Shown piece by piece: positions 17,647 to 27,600 of a stretch of 30,015 nucleotides of DNA. The position numbers and the translations under genes are program-made. The notes beneath the pieces were generated by a model. It had not been told where the DNA came from and ran no database searches. It saw only the letters and a program-made list of their open reading frames with translations. The DNA is taken from positions 1 to 30,015 of the forward strand of contig JBKQKT010000028.1 of assembly GCA_052147365.1 (NCBI GenBank), given 5' to 3'. The first letter of the stretch is position 1; the number at the start of each line of letters is the position of its first letter. Origin of the DNA: Candidatus Korobacteraceae bacterium. Lineage in GTDB: Bacteria; Acidobacteriota; Terriglobia; Terriglobales; Acidobacteriaceae.

Positions 17647-20229
17647 CTACTTCACCGCGATATTCACCAGCCTGCCCTTCACCACCAGCACCTTCACGAT
17701 CTCCTTGCCTTCGATTGCGGCTGCAATCTTCGGGTCGGCGATGGCGAGTTCGCGCACCTGATCCTCTGCTGCGTCTGCAGGCACAACGATACGGCTCCGG
17801 ACCTTGCCGTTGATCTGAACCGCGATCTCGATTTCTACTTCCTTGGCCAGCGCGGGATCGTACTTCGGCCACGGCGCGCGCAACAGATCGGAGGTCTCGC
17901 CCAGCATCTCCCACAATTCGTGCGCTAGATAGGGCGCGAAGGGCGCCAGCATCAGCACCAGGTCGCGCTGCACATCGGCCACCAGCCACGCGGAAGCGGC
18001 TCCCCCGCCGCGCTGCACGCTGTCTTCGTAGGCATATAGCTGGTTCACCAACTCCATGATGGCTGCAATCGAAGTGTTGAAATGCCATCGGCCACCGAAG
18101 TCTTCGGTCACGCGCCGGATGGTCTGGTGTAACTTGCGCTGCATCTGCCGCGCCTGCGGCGAAAGCTGCGTTCCATCGCTGCTAGTCCTAGTCTTCTCGT
18201 TGGGCCGGGCATTGCGCACGACGAAGCGATACACGCGCGACAAGAACCGGCTGATGCCCTCTACACCCAGGTCCTGCCAGTCGAGGTCGCGGTCGGGCGG
18301 CGATGCAAACAGCGTGTACATGCGCGTCGCGTCCGCGCCGTAATGCGCCACCATGTCGTCGGGCGAGACCACATTGCCCAAGCTCTTCGACATCTTGGCG
18401 CCGCCCTTGATCACCATGCCCTGGGTGAAAAGCCTCGCGACAGGCTCGTCATTCTTGACGATTCCCATGTCGCGCATAACTTTCGTCCAGAAGCGCGAGT
18501 AGATGAGGTGCAGAATCGCGTGCTCCACGCCGCCGATGTATTGGTCGATGGGGAACCAGTAAGCAACCGTGTCGGTGTCGAGAGGTTTGGTGTCGAGCGT
18601 TGGGTCGGTGTAGCGATAGAAGTACCAGGACGAATCGACGAAGGTGTCCATGGTATCGGTCTCGCGGCGAGCCGGGCCGCCGCACTTCGGGCAGGTCACG
18701 TTGACAAACTCCGGTACGTTGCCGAGCGGCGAACCGCCGGCCAGCGTGATCTCAACGTTCTCCGGCAACAGCACCGGCAGGTCCTTCTCCGGCACCGGCA
18801 CGATGCCGCACGTTGGGCAGTAGATCACTGGAATTGGCGTGCCCCAGTAGCGCTGGCGACTGATCCCCCAATCCTTCAAACGATACGTTACGGTCGCCTT
18901 GCCAAAGCCGTGTTCTTCGGCGTATTTCGACATCTTCTCGATGGCTTCCTGGCTCGGCAGTCCGTTGAACTCGCCGGAGTTCATTACCAAGCTGTTGCTT
19001 TCGGTGAACGGCAACACCGGCTCATCGGGCTCACGACGCTCGTCTCCGTCGCGGCGCGGCAGGATCACGATGCGAATGTCGAGGCCGTACTTCTTGGCGA
19101 ATTCGTAGTCGCGCTCATCGTGCGCCGGAACCGACATGATGGCCCCGGTACCATAGTCGAGCAGAACGTAGTTCGCCACCCAGATGGGCACTTGCTCGTT
19201 GTTGAACGGATTGATGGCGTAACGCTCGGTGAACACGCCATGCTTCTCGATGGCGCCAAGGTCGCCCTCTTCCTTCGCCTTGCGCTGCTCGCTCTTCAGG
19301 TCTTCGGCCTTGGCCGCCAACTCAGGATTGCTCGCGATCAAGTCAGCCACGACAGGATGTTCCGGCGCAAGCTGCAACGACGTCGCGCCGAAGATGGTGT
19401 CCACGCGAGTGGTGAAGACGGTGATCTTGTTGCCTGCCGGCCCAGCCGGGCCGTCAAGCTTGAAGTCCACCAGCGTGCCTTCGCTGCGCCCGATCCAGTT
19501 GCGCTGCATGGTGCGGACTTTTTCCGGCCATTCCGGCAGCTTGTCCAGGCCCTGCAACAGCTCGTCGGCGTAGTCGGTGATGCGCAGGAACCATTGCTCC
19601 AGGTCGCGCTGCTCCACCAGGGTGGTCTCGTGCCGCCAGCAGCATCCGTTGGGCAGCACCTGCTCGTTGGCCAGCACGGTGGCACACTGCGGGCACCAGT
19701 TCACCCGGCTCTTCTTGCGATAGGCCAGCCCCCGCTCCAGGAACTTGAGGAAGAACCACTGGTTCCAGCGGTAGTAGTCCGGCAGGCAGGTGGTGACCTC
19801 GGTTGACCAGTCGTAGGCGAAGCCGAGGCGCTTCATCTGCGCCTTCATTTTGGCGATGTTGCCCAGGGTCCACTCGCGCGGCGGAGTCTGGTTCTGAATC
19901 GCGGCATTCTCCGCGGGAAGCCCGAATGAGTCCCAGCCCATGGGATGGAGCACGTTGTGGCCCTGCATCCACATGTAGCGCGCCAGCGCGTCCCCAATGG
20001 AGTAGTTGCGCACGTGCCCCATGTGCAGCGCGCCCGAAGGATAGGGCAGCATCTCTAGGACGTAGTACTTCTTGCGCGTGCTGGTGGGCGGCTCGGCTTT
20101 GTACAGGTCGGGATTCTGCGCCCAGCGCGCCGACCACTTCTGCGCAATCGCCTGGGGATCGTAGCGGTCGGAACGGGTGGCAACTTCGGTCTGCTCCGCC
20201 TTCGGCGGTTGGGTTTTGAACTCGGCCAT
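17647..20229 (-). CDS. leuS: Leucine--tRNA ligase
   Basis: [21 protein letters not shown]1 editing domain ([22 protein letters not shown]), [16 protein letters not shown]-terminal VQINGKVR. Confidence 0.98.
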   Translation of the reverse strand: MAEFKTQPPKAEQTEVATRSDRYDPQAIAQKWSARWAQNPDLYKAEPPTSTRKKYYVLEMLPYPSGALHMGHVRNYSIGDALARYMWMQGHNVLHPMGWDSFGLPAENAAIQNQTPPREWTLGNIAKMKAQMKRLGFAYDWSTEVTTCLPDYYRWNQWFFLKFLERGLAYRKKSRVNWCPQCATVLANEQVLPNGCCWRHETTLVEQRDLEQWFLRITDYADELLQGLDKLPEWPEKVRTMQRNWIGRSEGTLVDFKLDGPAGPAGNKITVFTTRVDTIFGATSLQLAPEHPVVADLIASNPELAAKAEDLKSEQRKAKEEGDLGAIEKHGVFTERYAINPFNNEQVPIWVANYVLLDYGTGAIMSVPAHDERDYEFAKKYGLDIRIVILPRRDGDERREPDEPVLPFTESNSLVMNSGEFNGLPSQEAIEKMSKYAEEHGFGKATVTYRLKDWGISRQRYWGTPIPVIYCPTCGIVPVPEKDLPVLLPENVEITLAGGSPLGNVPEFVNVTCPKCGGPARRETDTMDTFVDSSWYFYRYTDPTLDTKPLDTDTVAYWFPIDQYIGGVEHAILHLIYSRFWTKVMRDMGIVKNDEPVARLFTQGMVIKGGAKMSKSLGNVVSPDDMVAHYGADATRMYTLFASPPDRDLDWQDLGVEGISRFLSRVYRFVVRNARPNEKTRTSSDGTQLSPQARQMQRKLHQTIRRVTEDFGGRWHFNTSIAAIMELVNQLYAYEDSVQRGGGAASAWLVADVQRDLVLMLAPFAPYLAHELWEMLGETSDLLRAPWPKYDPALAKEVEIEIAVQINGKVRSRIVVPADAAEDQVRELAIADPKIAAAIEGKEIVKVLVVKGRLVNIAVK

Positions 20230-20356
20230 AAATGTTCGTCGGTGAGCTTGGGATAAACTTTGATTTTACAACGTGGGAAGGAAGCCGTTAGAACTGGTAG
20301 ATCGTGGGCAGTGAGCTACCAAATCGGTCGGATCAAAGAAAACCTGGGAGGTGCTG

Positions 20357-20632
20357 GTGACTTATATGCTGTGCCGCAATCGCGTCGCGGATTATTCGCG
20401 GTGGAAAGTTGTATTTGCTTCTCACGCCGCAGTCCATCGGGATGCGGGATTGCATCTGCTTAGGATATGGCGCGCTCTTGTTGATCCCAACAACGTTTTC
20501 TTCCTGTTCGAGGTCACCAGCATAGAGAAGGCCAAGGAATTCATCAGTAATCCTGAAGCCGCCAAAGCTGGAGAATCCTCAGGCGTTCTGGATGGCGAGT
20601 ACCATTTCCTGGAAGACGCTGGGGAATACTGA
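20357..20632 (+). CDS. Small hypothetical protein, probable dimeric alpha+beta barrel (ABM/cyclase-like)
   Basis: RBS GGGAGG 5 nt before the GTG at 20357. The pattern V-x-DYxxWKxVF...DPNNVFFLFE...EKAKEF resembles that family. Confidence 0.7.
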   Translation: MTYMLCRNRVADYSRWKVVFASHAAVHRDAGLHLLRIWRALVDPNNVFFLFEVTSIEKAKEFISNPEAAKAGESSGVLDGEYHFLEDAGEY

Positions 20633-20656
20633 GGTTCAGAATGGAGTGCCCGAATC

Positions 20657-20965
20657 ATGAGGACCTCGAAGGCCAAATCCAGCAGCGACACCAATACTCT
20701 GACCGCCGCACAATTTCGCGCCATCACTAAGGCCCTTTCCGATCCCCAGCGCTATGACATCCTGCAGCACATTGCCCGGCGGCGGTCCTGTACATGCGTC
20801 GAACTTCGCGAGCGCTGCCCGATCACGCCTGCAACCCTTTCGCACCACCTGAAGGAGCTCCGATCCGCCGGATTGATTATCATCGCCCGCAAAGGTAAGT
20901 TCGCCCTCCCATCCTTCCGCCGCGAGGTGTGGAAATCTTACCTTGCCCAGCTTTCTGAACTCTGA
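20657..20965 (+). CDS. ArsR/SmtB-family transcriptional regulator
   Basis: KALSDPQRYDIL...CTCVEL...ITPATLSHHLKELRSAGLI helix-turn-helix signature. Confidence 0.9.
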   Translation: MRTSKAKSSSDTNTLTAAQFRAITKALSDPQRYDILQHIARRRSCTCVELRERCPITPATLSHHLKELRSAGLIIIARKGKFALPSFRREVWKSYLAQLSEL

Positions 20966-20984
20966 AACTTTCGTCTACCTCGCA

Positions 20985-21012
20985 CATCAATTAGACATTC
21001 ATCGAATTGATG
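20985..21012. promoter_or_regulatory. Imperfect 12-4-12 inverted repeat, candidate ArsR operator
   Basis: CATCAATTAGAC-attc-ATCGAATTGATG: the outer 8 bp are perfect and 10 of 12 match. It lies between the ArsR and SDR genes. Confidence 0.6.
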
Positions 21013-21033
21013 GAAATGTTGCAGGAGGAAAAA

Positions 21034-21783
21034 ATGGGCAAGTTAACGGGTAAGACTGCTGTCATTACGGGTGCTTCTAAGGGCATCGGCGCCGGTATCG
21101 CGCTGGCCTTTGCCAAAGAGGGAGCCAACGTCGTCGTCAACTACGCGCGCGGCAAGGACGACGCCGAAAAAGTTGCCGCTAACATCAAGGACGCCGGGGG
21201 AAAGGCCATCACGGTTCAGGCCGATGTCTCGAAGAAAGCCGACGTGGACAAGCTGTTCAATGAAAGCAAGAAAGCGTTCGGGAATCTCGACATCCTGGTC
21301 AACAACGCGGGCGCATACGAGTTCGCGCCTCTGGACCAAATCACGGAAGATAGCTACCGCCGTCTATTCGACCTCAACGTCCTCGGGACCTTGCTGAGCA
21401 CCCAGGCTGCCGTCAAGTCGATGACCAACGGTGGGTCCATCATCAACTTGAGTTCCGTCGTTTCCATCACGCCTCCGCCCACCGCAGCCGTGTACAGTGC
21501 CACCAAAGGCGCCGTTGATGTCATCACTCGCACGTTGGCGCAGGAGCTCGGTCCGCAACAGATTCGGGTCAATTCGCTCGCTCCCGGACTGGTCGAGACC
21601 GAAGGTACACGTGCCTCCGGTAACGCGGAAGGTGAATTCAGGAAGTACGCGGTCTCGCGCACTCCTTTGGGACGCGTGGGCGAGCCGCAAGATATTGCCA
21701 AGGTAGCCGTCTTTCTGGCGTCCGATGACTCGGCGTGGATCACCGGCGAGGTATTACCGGTCGGCGGCGGAGCAAGGTTGTAA
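21034..21783 (+). CDS. Short-chain dehydrogenase/reductase (classical SDR)
   Basis: TGASKGIG, NNAG, YSATK (YxxxK) and VNSLAPG. Start reassigned to 21034, which follows AGGAGG. Confidence 0.95.
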   Translation: MGKLTGKTAVITGASKGIGAGIALAFAKEGANVVVNYARGKDDAEKVAANIKDAGGKAITVQADVSKKADVDKLFNESKKAFGNLDILVNNAGAYEFAPLDQITEDSYRRLFDLNVLGTLLSTQAAVKSMTNGGSIINLSSVVSITPPPTAAVYSATKGAVDVITRTLAQELGPQQIRVNSLAPGLVETEGTRASGNAEGEFRKYAVSRTPLGRVGEPQDIAKVAVFLASDDSAWITGEVLPVGGGARL

Positions 21784-21801
21784 TAATTTCTGAATCAAGG
21801 C

Positions 21802-21830
21802 GGGCCGGCGGATCCGGCCCCTTTCCTTTC
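21802..21830 (+). terminator. Putative intrinsic terminator between the convergent SDR and nfo genes
   Basis: GGGCCGG-cggat-CCGGCCC, a 7-bp GC stem followed by CTTTCCTTTC. Confidence 0.6.
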
Positions 21831-21839
21831 ACGACTCGC

Positions 21840-22766
21840 TCACTTCCTTATCAGCCGTTTCAGCGCGTTCACGTTCGTGAGGTCGTCGAGCGGCTCATCG
21901 ATTGGCGTTTCGGCGATAAAGGCCACGTGCGCGAGGCGTGGGTCGTTCAGCAGGCGTCGAAATGGCCTCAGGCCAATACTTCCCTTCCCGATGTGCTGAT
22001 GGCGGTCGAGCTTCGACCCGCGCGCAGCCTTGGCGTCGTTGCAGTGCCACACGTAAACATTCTTCAGCCCAACCGTGCGATCGAGTTGGTCGAGCGTGTC
22101 GGTGAATCCTCCCTCGCTCACGATATCGTAGCCGGCAACATGCGTGTGGCAGGTATCAATGCACGCGCCTGAGGGGACGAAGCCGCCCAGCAGATACAGC
22201 AACTCCGCAACCTGCTCGAAATTGCTGCCGAGCGAAAACTCCGATCCGGCGGTGTTTTCGATGAGAATGCGCAGCTTGTCCGCCTTCAAGTCGAGCCCAT
22301 CCACGGCCTGCTCTATAGCCACCGCGACCCGCTGTAGGCCTTCTTCGCGGCTGCTGCCGCGAAACGAGCCGGGATGGAGCACAAGGAACTCCGCGCAAAG
22401 CGAGAGCGCACGCTCGACCTCGCGGCGAAAGGCCGCGATGGATTTGGCGTGGAACCCAGGATTACCACCCGCCAGGTTCACCAGATAGTTGGCGTGGACC
22501 ACCAGCGGTGTCAGTCCGTAGCGCTCGCGCAAGCGCGTCATCTCGTCGCATTGCGCGCGCGAGAGCTGGTAGGGCTTCCACTGCCGCGGGCTGGAGGAGA
22601 AAATCTGAAAGGTGTTGCAGCCCAGGCGATAAGCGCGCTCGGCGGCGAGTTCCACTCCGCCTGCGGTTGAAGTGTGGATGCCGATGCGCCGTGAAGTCAG
22701 TTTCGGCGGTCGCTTCGGCGGGGGCAGTAGCTTCAGGATGTCCTTTTCCGGCTTGATGGAGTTTAC
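21840..22766 (-). CDS. nfo: Endonuclease IV (deoxyribonuclease IV); true start uncertain
   Basis: RIGIHTSTAGG upstream of the tracked start, then FQIFSSSPRQW, HANYLVNL, VLHPGS, IENTAG, CIDTCH, HCND, DRHQHIGKG and AETP. The frame is open up to a TAG at 22787-22785. Confidence 0.92.
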   Translation of the reverse strand, partial: VNSIKPEKDILKLLPPPKRPPKLTSRRIGIHTSTAGGVELAAERAYRLGCNTFQIFSSSPRQWKPYQLSRAQCDEMTRLRERYGLTPLVVHANYLVNLAGGNPGFHAKSIAAFRREVERALSLCAEFLVLHPGSFRGSSREEGLQRVAVAIEQAVDGLDLKADKLRILIENTAGSEFSLGSNFEQVAELLYLLGGFVPSGACIDTCHTHVAGYDIVSEGGFTDTLDQLDRTVGLKNVYVWHCNDAKAARGSKLDRHQHIGKGSIGLRPFRRLLNDPRLAHVAFIAETPIDEPLDDLTNVNALKRLIRK

Positions 22767-22833
22767 GGCCCTCAGGATGTGATTCTAAATGGCCTTCCGC
22801 GATACACTAGGATGCGCACCAAGGGGTCCTCCG

Positions 22834-23928
22834 ATGCTTATTGTTATGAAGGCGCACGCCACCGAAGAGCAGGTGCGGAGCGTCTGCCAGAAGATCGAGT
22901 CGCTGGGTCTGCGCGCCCATTCCATTCCTGGAACACAACGCACCGCCATTGGCATTACCGGCAACGAGACGGAACTCGATCCCGGCACGTTCGATGAAAT
23001 GGGAGGGGTGCAGGAAGTCATCCGCGTCAGCAAGCCGTACAAGCTGGTGAGCCGTGACGTAAAGGAGGAGGACACTGTCATCCGCTTTCCCGGGACCGAT
23101 GCGAGTTTCGGCGGTGAAGAAGTTGCCATCATCGCTGGCCCCTGCGCGATTGAATCGCGCGAGCAGGCGTTGACCACCGCAGGGCACGTCGCTCGCGCCG
23201 GAGCAAAATTCTTTCGCGGTGGCGCCTACAAGCCCCGCACCTCACCATACTCGTTTCAAGGGCTGGCGGAAGATGGTCTGAAAATTCTGGCTGAGGTCCG
23301 CGACCGCTTTGGCCTGCTGATCGTCACGGAAGCCATCGACAACGAATCCCTGGACCTGGTGGAAAAGTATGCCGACGTGATCCAGATTGGCGCCCGCAAC
23401 ATGCAGAACTTTTCGCTGCTTAAGCGCGCTGGAAGAGCCCACAAGCCTGTGCTGCTGAAGCGTGGCATGTCAGCCACGGTGGAAGAATTCCTGATGGCTG
23501 CCGAATACATCATGAGCGAGGGCAACTACGACGTTATCCTGTGCGAGCGCGGCGTGCGTACCTTCGCCGACCACACGCGGAACACACTCGATCTCAGCGT
23601 GGTGCCTGCGGTACAGCGACTGAGCCACCTGCCAATCATCGCCGATCCCAGCCATGGCACCGGTAAGCGCAACAAGGTGACGCCGCTATCGCGCGCTGCA
23701 GTGGCCGTGGGAGCAGATGGTCTCATCATCGAGGTCCATCCCGATCCCGATCGCGCACTTAGCGATGGGAAACAATCGCTCTTCCCGGAGCAATTCGACG
23801 CCCTTATGGCCGAGGTGCGCGAAATTGCCAAGGTTTTGAAACGTACGGTCGCCGATCCCGTCGCTAATCCCGGAGCGCGTCCGTCCAGCCCGGTCCTCGC
23901 GAGCGCCGGATCGGCCGCCGCTCGCTAA
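22834..23928 (+). CDS. aroF: 3-deoxy-7-phosphoheptulonate (DAHP) synthase, type I-beta with an N-terminal regulatory domain
   Basis: Starts MLIVMK (start reassigned to 22834); [50 protein letters not shown]. Confidence 0.96.
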   Translation: MLIVMKAHATEEQVRSVCQKIESLGLRAHSIPGTQRTAIGITGNETELDPGTFDEMGGVQEVIRVSKPYKLVSRDVKEEDTVIRFPGTDASFGGEEVAIIAGPCAIESREQALTTAGHVARAGAKFFRGGAYKPRTSPYSFQGLAEDGLKILAEVRDRFGLLIVTEAIDNESLDLVEKYADVIQIGARNMQNFSLLKRAGRAHKPVLLKRGMSATVEEFLMAAEYIMSEGNYDVILCERGVRTFADHTRNTLDLSVVPAVQRLSHLPIIADPSHGTGKRNKVTPLSRAAVAVGADGLIIEVHPDPDRALSDGKQSLFPEQFDALMAEVREIAKVLKRTVADPVANPGARPSSPVLASAGSAAAR

Positions 23929-25079
23929 TGCGTGAAACAGTTCGCTGGAAATTTGCCGCGCTGTTGTTGTCGCTGTTTGCGCTGACGGCCTGCCATCAGC
24001 GCAAGACAGTTCCTCCTGGCTACCACGAATACGCCTACGTTACCAACGGCAAGAGTAATTCCGTCAGCGTTCTCGATCTGCTGCAGCTTAAGAATGTGCA
24101 AACGATCGCCGTGGGCGCCAGCCCGACTGGCATCGCCGCCAATCCCGCGCGCAACGAGATTTACGTCGCCAATGCCGAGTCTAACAACATCAGCATCATC
24201 GACGCAGAGCGCAATGAAGTTGTCGGCACCATTGGCGTTCATCGCGGGCCGTATTTTGTTTCGGTGTCGTCGGATGGCAAGCGGGCGTACGTTGCCAACT
24301 CAGGCTCGGCGAATGTTTCAGTGCTTGATCTTACCAAGCGTGCCGTGATTGCGACTGTTCGGGTCGGGGGCGCTCCTGGCCTGGCGAGGGTTTCGCCCGA
24401 TCGCAAGCTTGCGGTGGTGAGCAATCGCGCTGACAATACTATCTCGATCATTGACACCGACAAGCTCGCGGTGCGCAGCACGGTGCCGGTGTGCCAGCAG
24501 CCTCAGGACCTCGCAATTTTGCCCGACTCCAGCAAGGTGTTTGTGGCTTGTCCGGGATCGAACCAGCTCGCCTCTATTGATCTCAAATCTGGTCGCCTGC
24601 TGACACTTCTTGACGTTGGCAAGTTGCCGATTCAGCTCGCACTCAAGCCTGACGGCGGCGAGCTGTTCATCAGTAACTTCGATGGGAACAGTTTCTCCAT
24701 CATCGAGACGGGAAACAATGAGGTCGGAGGCAGCTATCTGATCGGCAATAACCCGGTGCGCGGCGTCGTTACATCCGACAACAGCTTGCTATACGTCAGC
24801 AACTTCGGGTCGGACAACGTCAGCGTTTATGCAATTGACGAGGGGCGGGTGATCGGAACGGTGCAGGTAGGCAGCCACCCCGATGCGCTGGCGCTAGCAC
24901 CCGACGAGACGCACTTGCTGGTGGTGAACTCCCGCTCTGGGGACGTCGCGGTTGTGCGCACAGTGAAGACCCGCGACAACTCGAAACTTAGCGCCGATCG
25001 CGCCCTGGTTACGCTGATTCCTGTGGGCAATCAGCCGAATGACATTGTGATCAAGGCGTTTCAGGTAGACGCAAAGTAA
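23928..25079 (+). CDS. YVTN/YncE-type beta-propeller lipoprotein
   Basis: Lipobox LTAC; repeated AYVTN, IYVAN, AYVAN and LYVSN units with VG-x-x-P motifs. The start overlaps the aroF stop (TAATG). Confidence 0.9.
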   Translation: MRETVRWKFAALLLSLFALTACHQRKTVPPGYHEYAYVTNGKSNSVSVLDLLQLKNVQTIAVGASPTGIAANPARNEIYVANAESNNISIIDAERNEVVGTIGVHRGPYFVSVSSDGKRAYVANSGSANVSVLDLTKRAVIATVRVGGAPGLARVSPDRKLAVVSNRADNTISIIDTDKLAVRSTVPVCQQPQDLAILPDSSKVFVACPGSNQLASIDLKSGRLLTLLDVGKLPIQLALKPDGGELFISNFDGNSFSIIETGNNEVGGSYLIGNNPVRGVVTSDNSLLYVSNFGSDNVSVYAIDEGRVIGTVQVGSHPDALALAPDETHLLVVNSRSGDVAVVRTVKTRDNSKLSADRALVTLIPVGNQPNDIVIKAFQVDAK

Positions 25080-25092
25080 CGATAGAAATGCG

Positions 25093-26142
25093 ATGCTGAT
25101 CCGCGAACAGGTTTCTCTGGCTCCGCTGACAACGCTGGGCGTCGGAGGGCCCGCACGCTACTTTGTCGAGGCGCGTAGCGAAGCTGAAATCTTCGAAACG
25201 GTGGAGTTCGCCCATTCGCGGCAATTGCCGTTGTTCGTCCTGGGCGGCGGAAGCAACCTGGTCGTGGCTGATGCGGGATTCGAAGGAGTGGTACTGAAGG
25301 TCGGAATCACCGGCTTATCCCGGTCGACTCCTTCCCAACGGATTGTGATCTTTACTGCCGGCGCCGGCATGGATTGGGATGAGTTGGTAGCGCAGGCTGT
25401 AGAAGCGAACTGCGCTGGCCTGGAGTGCCTGAGCGGAATTCCTGGCACGGTAGGCGGTACGCCGATGCAGAACGTCGGGGCCTACGGCCAGGAAGTTTCT
25501 GAAACCATTCGTGAAGTACGAGCGCTGGACGTGCGCTCAATGAGAACGGAGACACTTTCCAATGCGGACTGCCGGTTCCAATACCGCAGCAGCATTTTCA
25601 ACACGACCGAGCGGGATCGCTACGTAATCCTGCGAGTAACGTTCGCGCTGCGCGAGGGCGCAAGGCCGAGCATCAGCTATCCCGACCTGCAGAAATTCTT
25701 TGCCGGGCATGCTAGCGAGCCAGCTATGGCTGAGGTACGGGCGGCAGTGCGGGAGATCCGCCACCGCAAGGCCATGCTGATCGTGCCAGGTGACGATGAC
25801 GCCCGCAGCGCAGGTTCGTTCTTCAAGAATCCGGTCGTGCCGGAGTCCTTTTATGAAGAGATCTCGACACGTCTGACGTCGCGCGGGCTGCAGCTGCCTG
25901 GCTATCCTGCTGCCGATGGCTTCCGCAAAATTCCGGCGGCGTGGCTGGTCGAGCACGCCGGCTTTGCGAAGGGATATACGAAGGGTGCGGCCGGCATTTC
26001 GCGCAAGCACGCGCTCGCTATCATCAATTGTGGTGGCGCAACAGCAGCCGAGATCCTTGCACTGAAAGACGAGATTCAATCGCGGGTGATGGATATGTTC
26101 GGAATTCATCTCGTGCCCGAGCCGGCGTTTGTGGGGTTTTAG
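25093..26142 (+). CDS. murB: UDP-N-acetylenolpyruvoylglucosamine reductase
   Basis: TTLGVGGPA, LGGGSNLVV, LSGIPGTVGG, QNVGAYG, CRFQYRSSIF, SAGSFFKNP, KHALAIIN, EPAFVG. Confidence 0.96.
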   Translation: MLIREQVSLAPLTTLGVGGPARYFVEARSEAEIFETVEFAHSRQLPLFVLGGGSNLVVADAGFEGVVLKVGITGLSRSTPSQRIVIFTAGAGMDWDELVAQAVEANCAGLECLSGIPGTVGGTPMQNVGAYGQEVSETIREVRALDVRSMRTETLSNADCRFQYRSSIFNTTERDRYVILRVTFALREGARPSISYPDLQKFFAGHASEPAMAEVRAAVREIRHRKAMLIVPGDDDARSAGSFFKNPVVPESFYEEISTRLTSRGLQLPGYPAADGFRKIPAAWLVEHAGFAKGYTKGAAGISRKHALAIINCGGATAAEILALKDEIQSRVMDMFGIHLVPEPAFVGF

Positions 26143-26172
26143 CTCTTAGCTGTTCGCTCTGTGCTCTTCGCT
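26138..26172. repeat. Five degenerate tandem heptamers ending in GCT
   Basis: TTTAGCT CTTAGCT GTTCGCT CTGTGCT CTTCGCT; the first unit contains the murB stop. Confidence 0.55.
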
Positions 26173-26226
26173 TCATCACCCCGAACGCGGAGGTCGCCCT
26201 GGCGACCGACGAGCCGAAGGATCCTA
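26173..26226. repeat. REP-like palindromic element
   Basis: TCATC...GGTCGCC-ct-GGCGACC...CGAGCCGAAGGATCC with a perfect 7-bp internal palindrome (26192-26207). Its 3' end matches the reverse complement of the element at 29013-29050 at 12 of 15 positions. Confidence 0.55.
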
Positions 26227-27585
26227 CGTTGGACGCATCAGTGCCATTAAATCGGGGCCTTGCTTGTGCCATTCGGTTACTTGTTCGAATGCAAGAGCGA
26301 GTTGCAGAACCGCAGCATCTGCTCCCGGCTTGCCGGATATCTGCATGCCTGCCGGAAAGCCCTCGCGCGTAAATCCACACGGCACTGAAACGCTGGGCCA
26401 ATCGAGCACGCTGAAAGGCTGTGTGTTGCGCAGCAGGTAAGTCACCTCGAACCGCCGCAGCTCGTTCGCATCTAGCAATTCAAGCTCTGAGGTTCGCGGC
26501 GCGGCCACCGCAACCGTCGGCGTAACGACCACGTCCACTTGTTCGAATAACTGCAACGCTCGCGCCCGCTCGGCTGCCAGGCCCCGCCATGCACGGATGT
26601 AATCTGTCGCACTGATGCCGGCGCACTGCAGGATTCGTGAAAGCGTTCGCAGATCATACAGCTCAGGGTGGGTCTCCACCATCTCTTCGTGATACTCGTA
26701 GATCTCGGCGTTGAAGATAGTGCGATGCCCGCTTACGTCGAGTCCTACATCGCGAACTTCCGCAGCCAGCCCCCTGATGACCGCAAGCGCTTCTTCAATG
26801 CAGGACTGGACGTCCGGCTGCAGACCCTCGAAGAAACCTTTTCGCGGTACACCAACCTTCAGTGCGGAGACGCTCTCGCCCGGTAATGCCCTTGATGCCG
26901 AACCGCTGAGAACCTGCAACAGAACGGCAGCATCGCGCACGGTGCGAGTCATCGGCCCAGCGGTATCGAACGAACGCGACAGTGGGATAACCCCTTTGGC
27001 ACTCAGCAATCCTGCACTCGGGCGATGCCCGACAATGCCGCACAATGCCGCCGGACAACGGACCGAACCCGCGGTGTCCGTTCCGATCGCAGCGACGCAC
27101 ATTCCGGCAGCGACGGCCGCGGCCGAGCCTGAAGAAGACCCCCCGGTGATCCTGTCCGTATTCCAAGGATTCTTCGCCGCACCGAACGCGCTCACAATTC
27201 CACTTACCCCGAACGCGAATTCGTGAAGATTCAGTTTGCCGACGATCACCGCTCCAGCGCGCTTGAGTTGCCCGACCAACTCAGCGTCTTCGCCCGGTAC
27301 TCGCTCGCGAAACTGATTGCTGGCCGCCGTGGTTCGTACCCCAGCAGTGTCGAGGAGGTCCTTCAGTCCAATCGGAATACCGTGCAACGGGCCACGGTAC
27401 CTTCCCGCCAGAATCTCGGCTTCGGCCTGACCTGCCCCTTCAAGCGCAAGATCGGCTGTGACGGTAATGAACGCATTCAACACAGGATTGAGCCGCTCGA
27501 TGCAGGTCAGGCACTCGCGTGTAAGTTCAACCGGAGAAAGTCGCCGGGTGCAAATCTGATCCGCGGCTTCAGTAAGGCTGAGCAT
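26224..27585 (-). CDS. Amidase signature family protein (GatA-like amidase)
   Basis: GIPIGLKDL, GKLNLHEFA, GGSSSGSAAAV and IGTDTAGSVRCPA (Ser-cisSer-Lys triad). ATG at 27585 is preferred over TTG at 27588. Confidence 0.94.
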   Translation of the reverse strand: MLSLTEAADQICTRRLSPVELTRECLTCIERLNPVLNAFITVTADLALEGAGQAEAEILAGRYRGPLHGIPIGLKDLLDTAGVRTTAASNQFRERVPGEDAELVGQLKRAGAVIVGKLNLHEFAFGVSGIVSAFGAAKNPWNTDRITGGSSSGSAAAVAAGMCVAAIGTDTAGSVRCPAALCGIVGHRPSAGLLSAKGVIPLSRSFDTAGPMTRTVRDAAVLLQVLSGSASRALPGESVSALKVGVPRKGFFEGLQPDVQSCIEEALAVIRGLAAEVRDVGLDVSGHRTIFNAEIYEYHEEMVETHPELYDLRTLSRILQCAGISATDYIRAWRGLAAERARALQLFEQVDVVVTPTVAVAAPRTSELELLDANELRRFEVTYLLRNTQPFSVLDWPSVSVPCGFTREGFPAGMQISGKPGADAAVLQLALAFEQVTEWHKQGPDLMALMRPT

Positions 27586-27600
27586 CAAGGGAGCAGGTGG

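Noticed and set aside
18343-19806. 487-aa plus-strand ORF
   Set aside because: Antisense shadow of leuS with no independent motifs.
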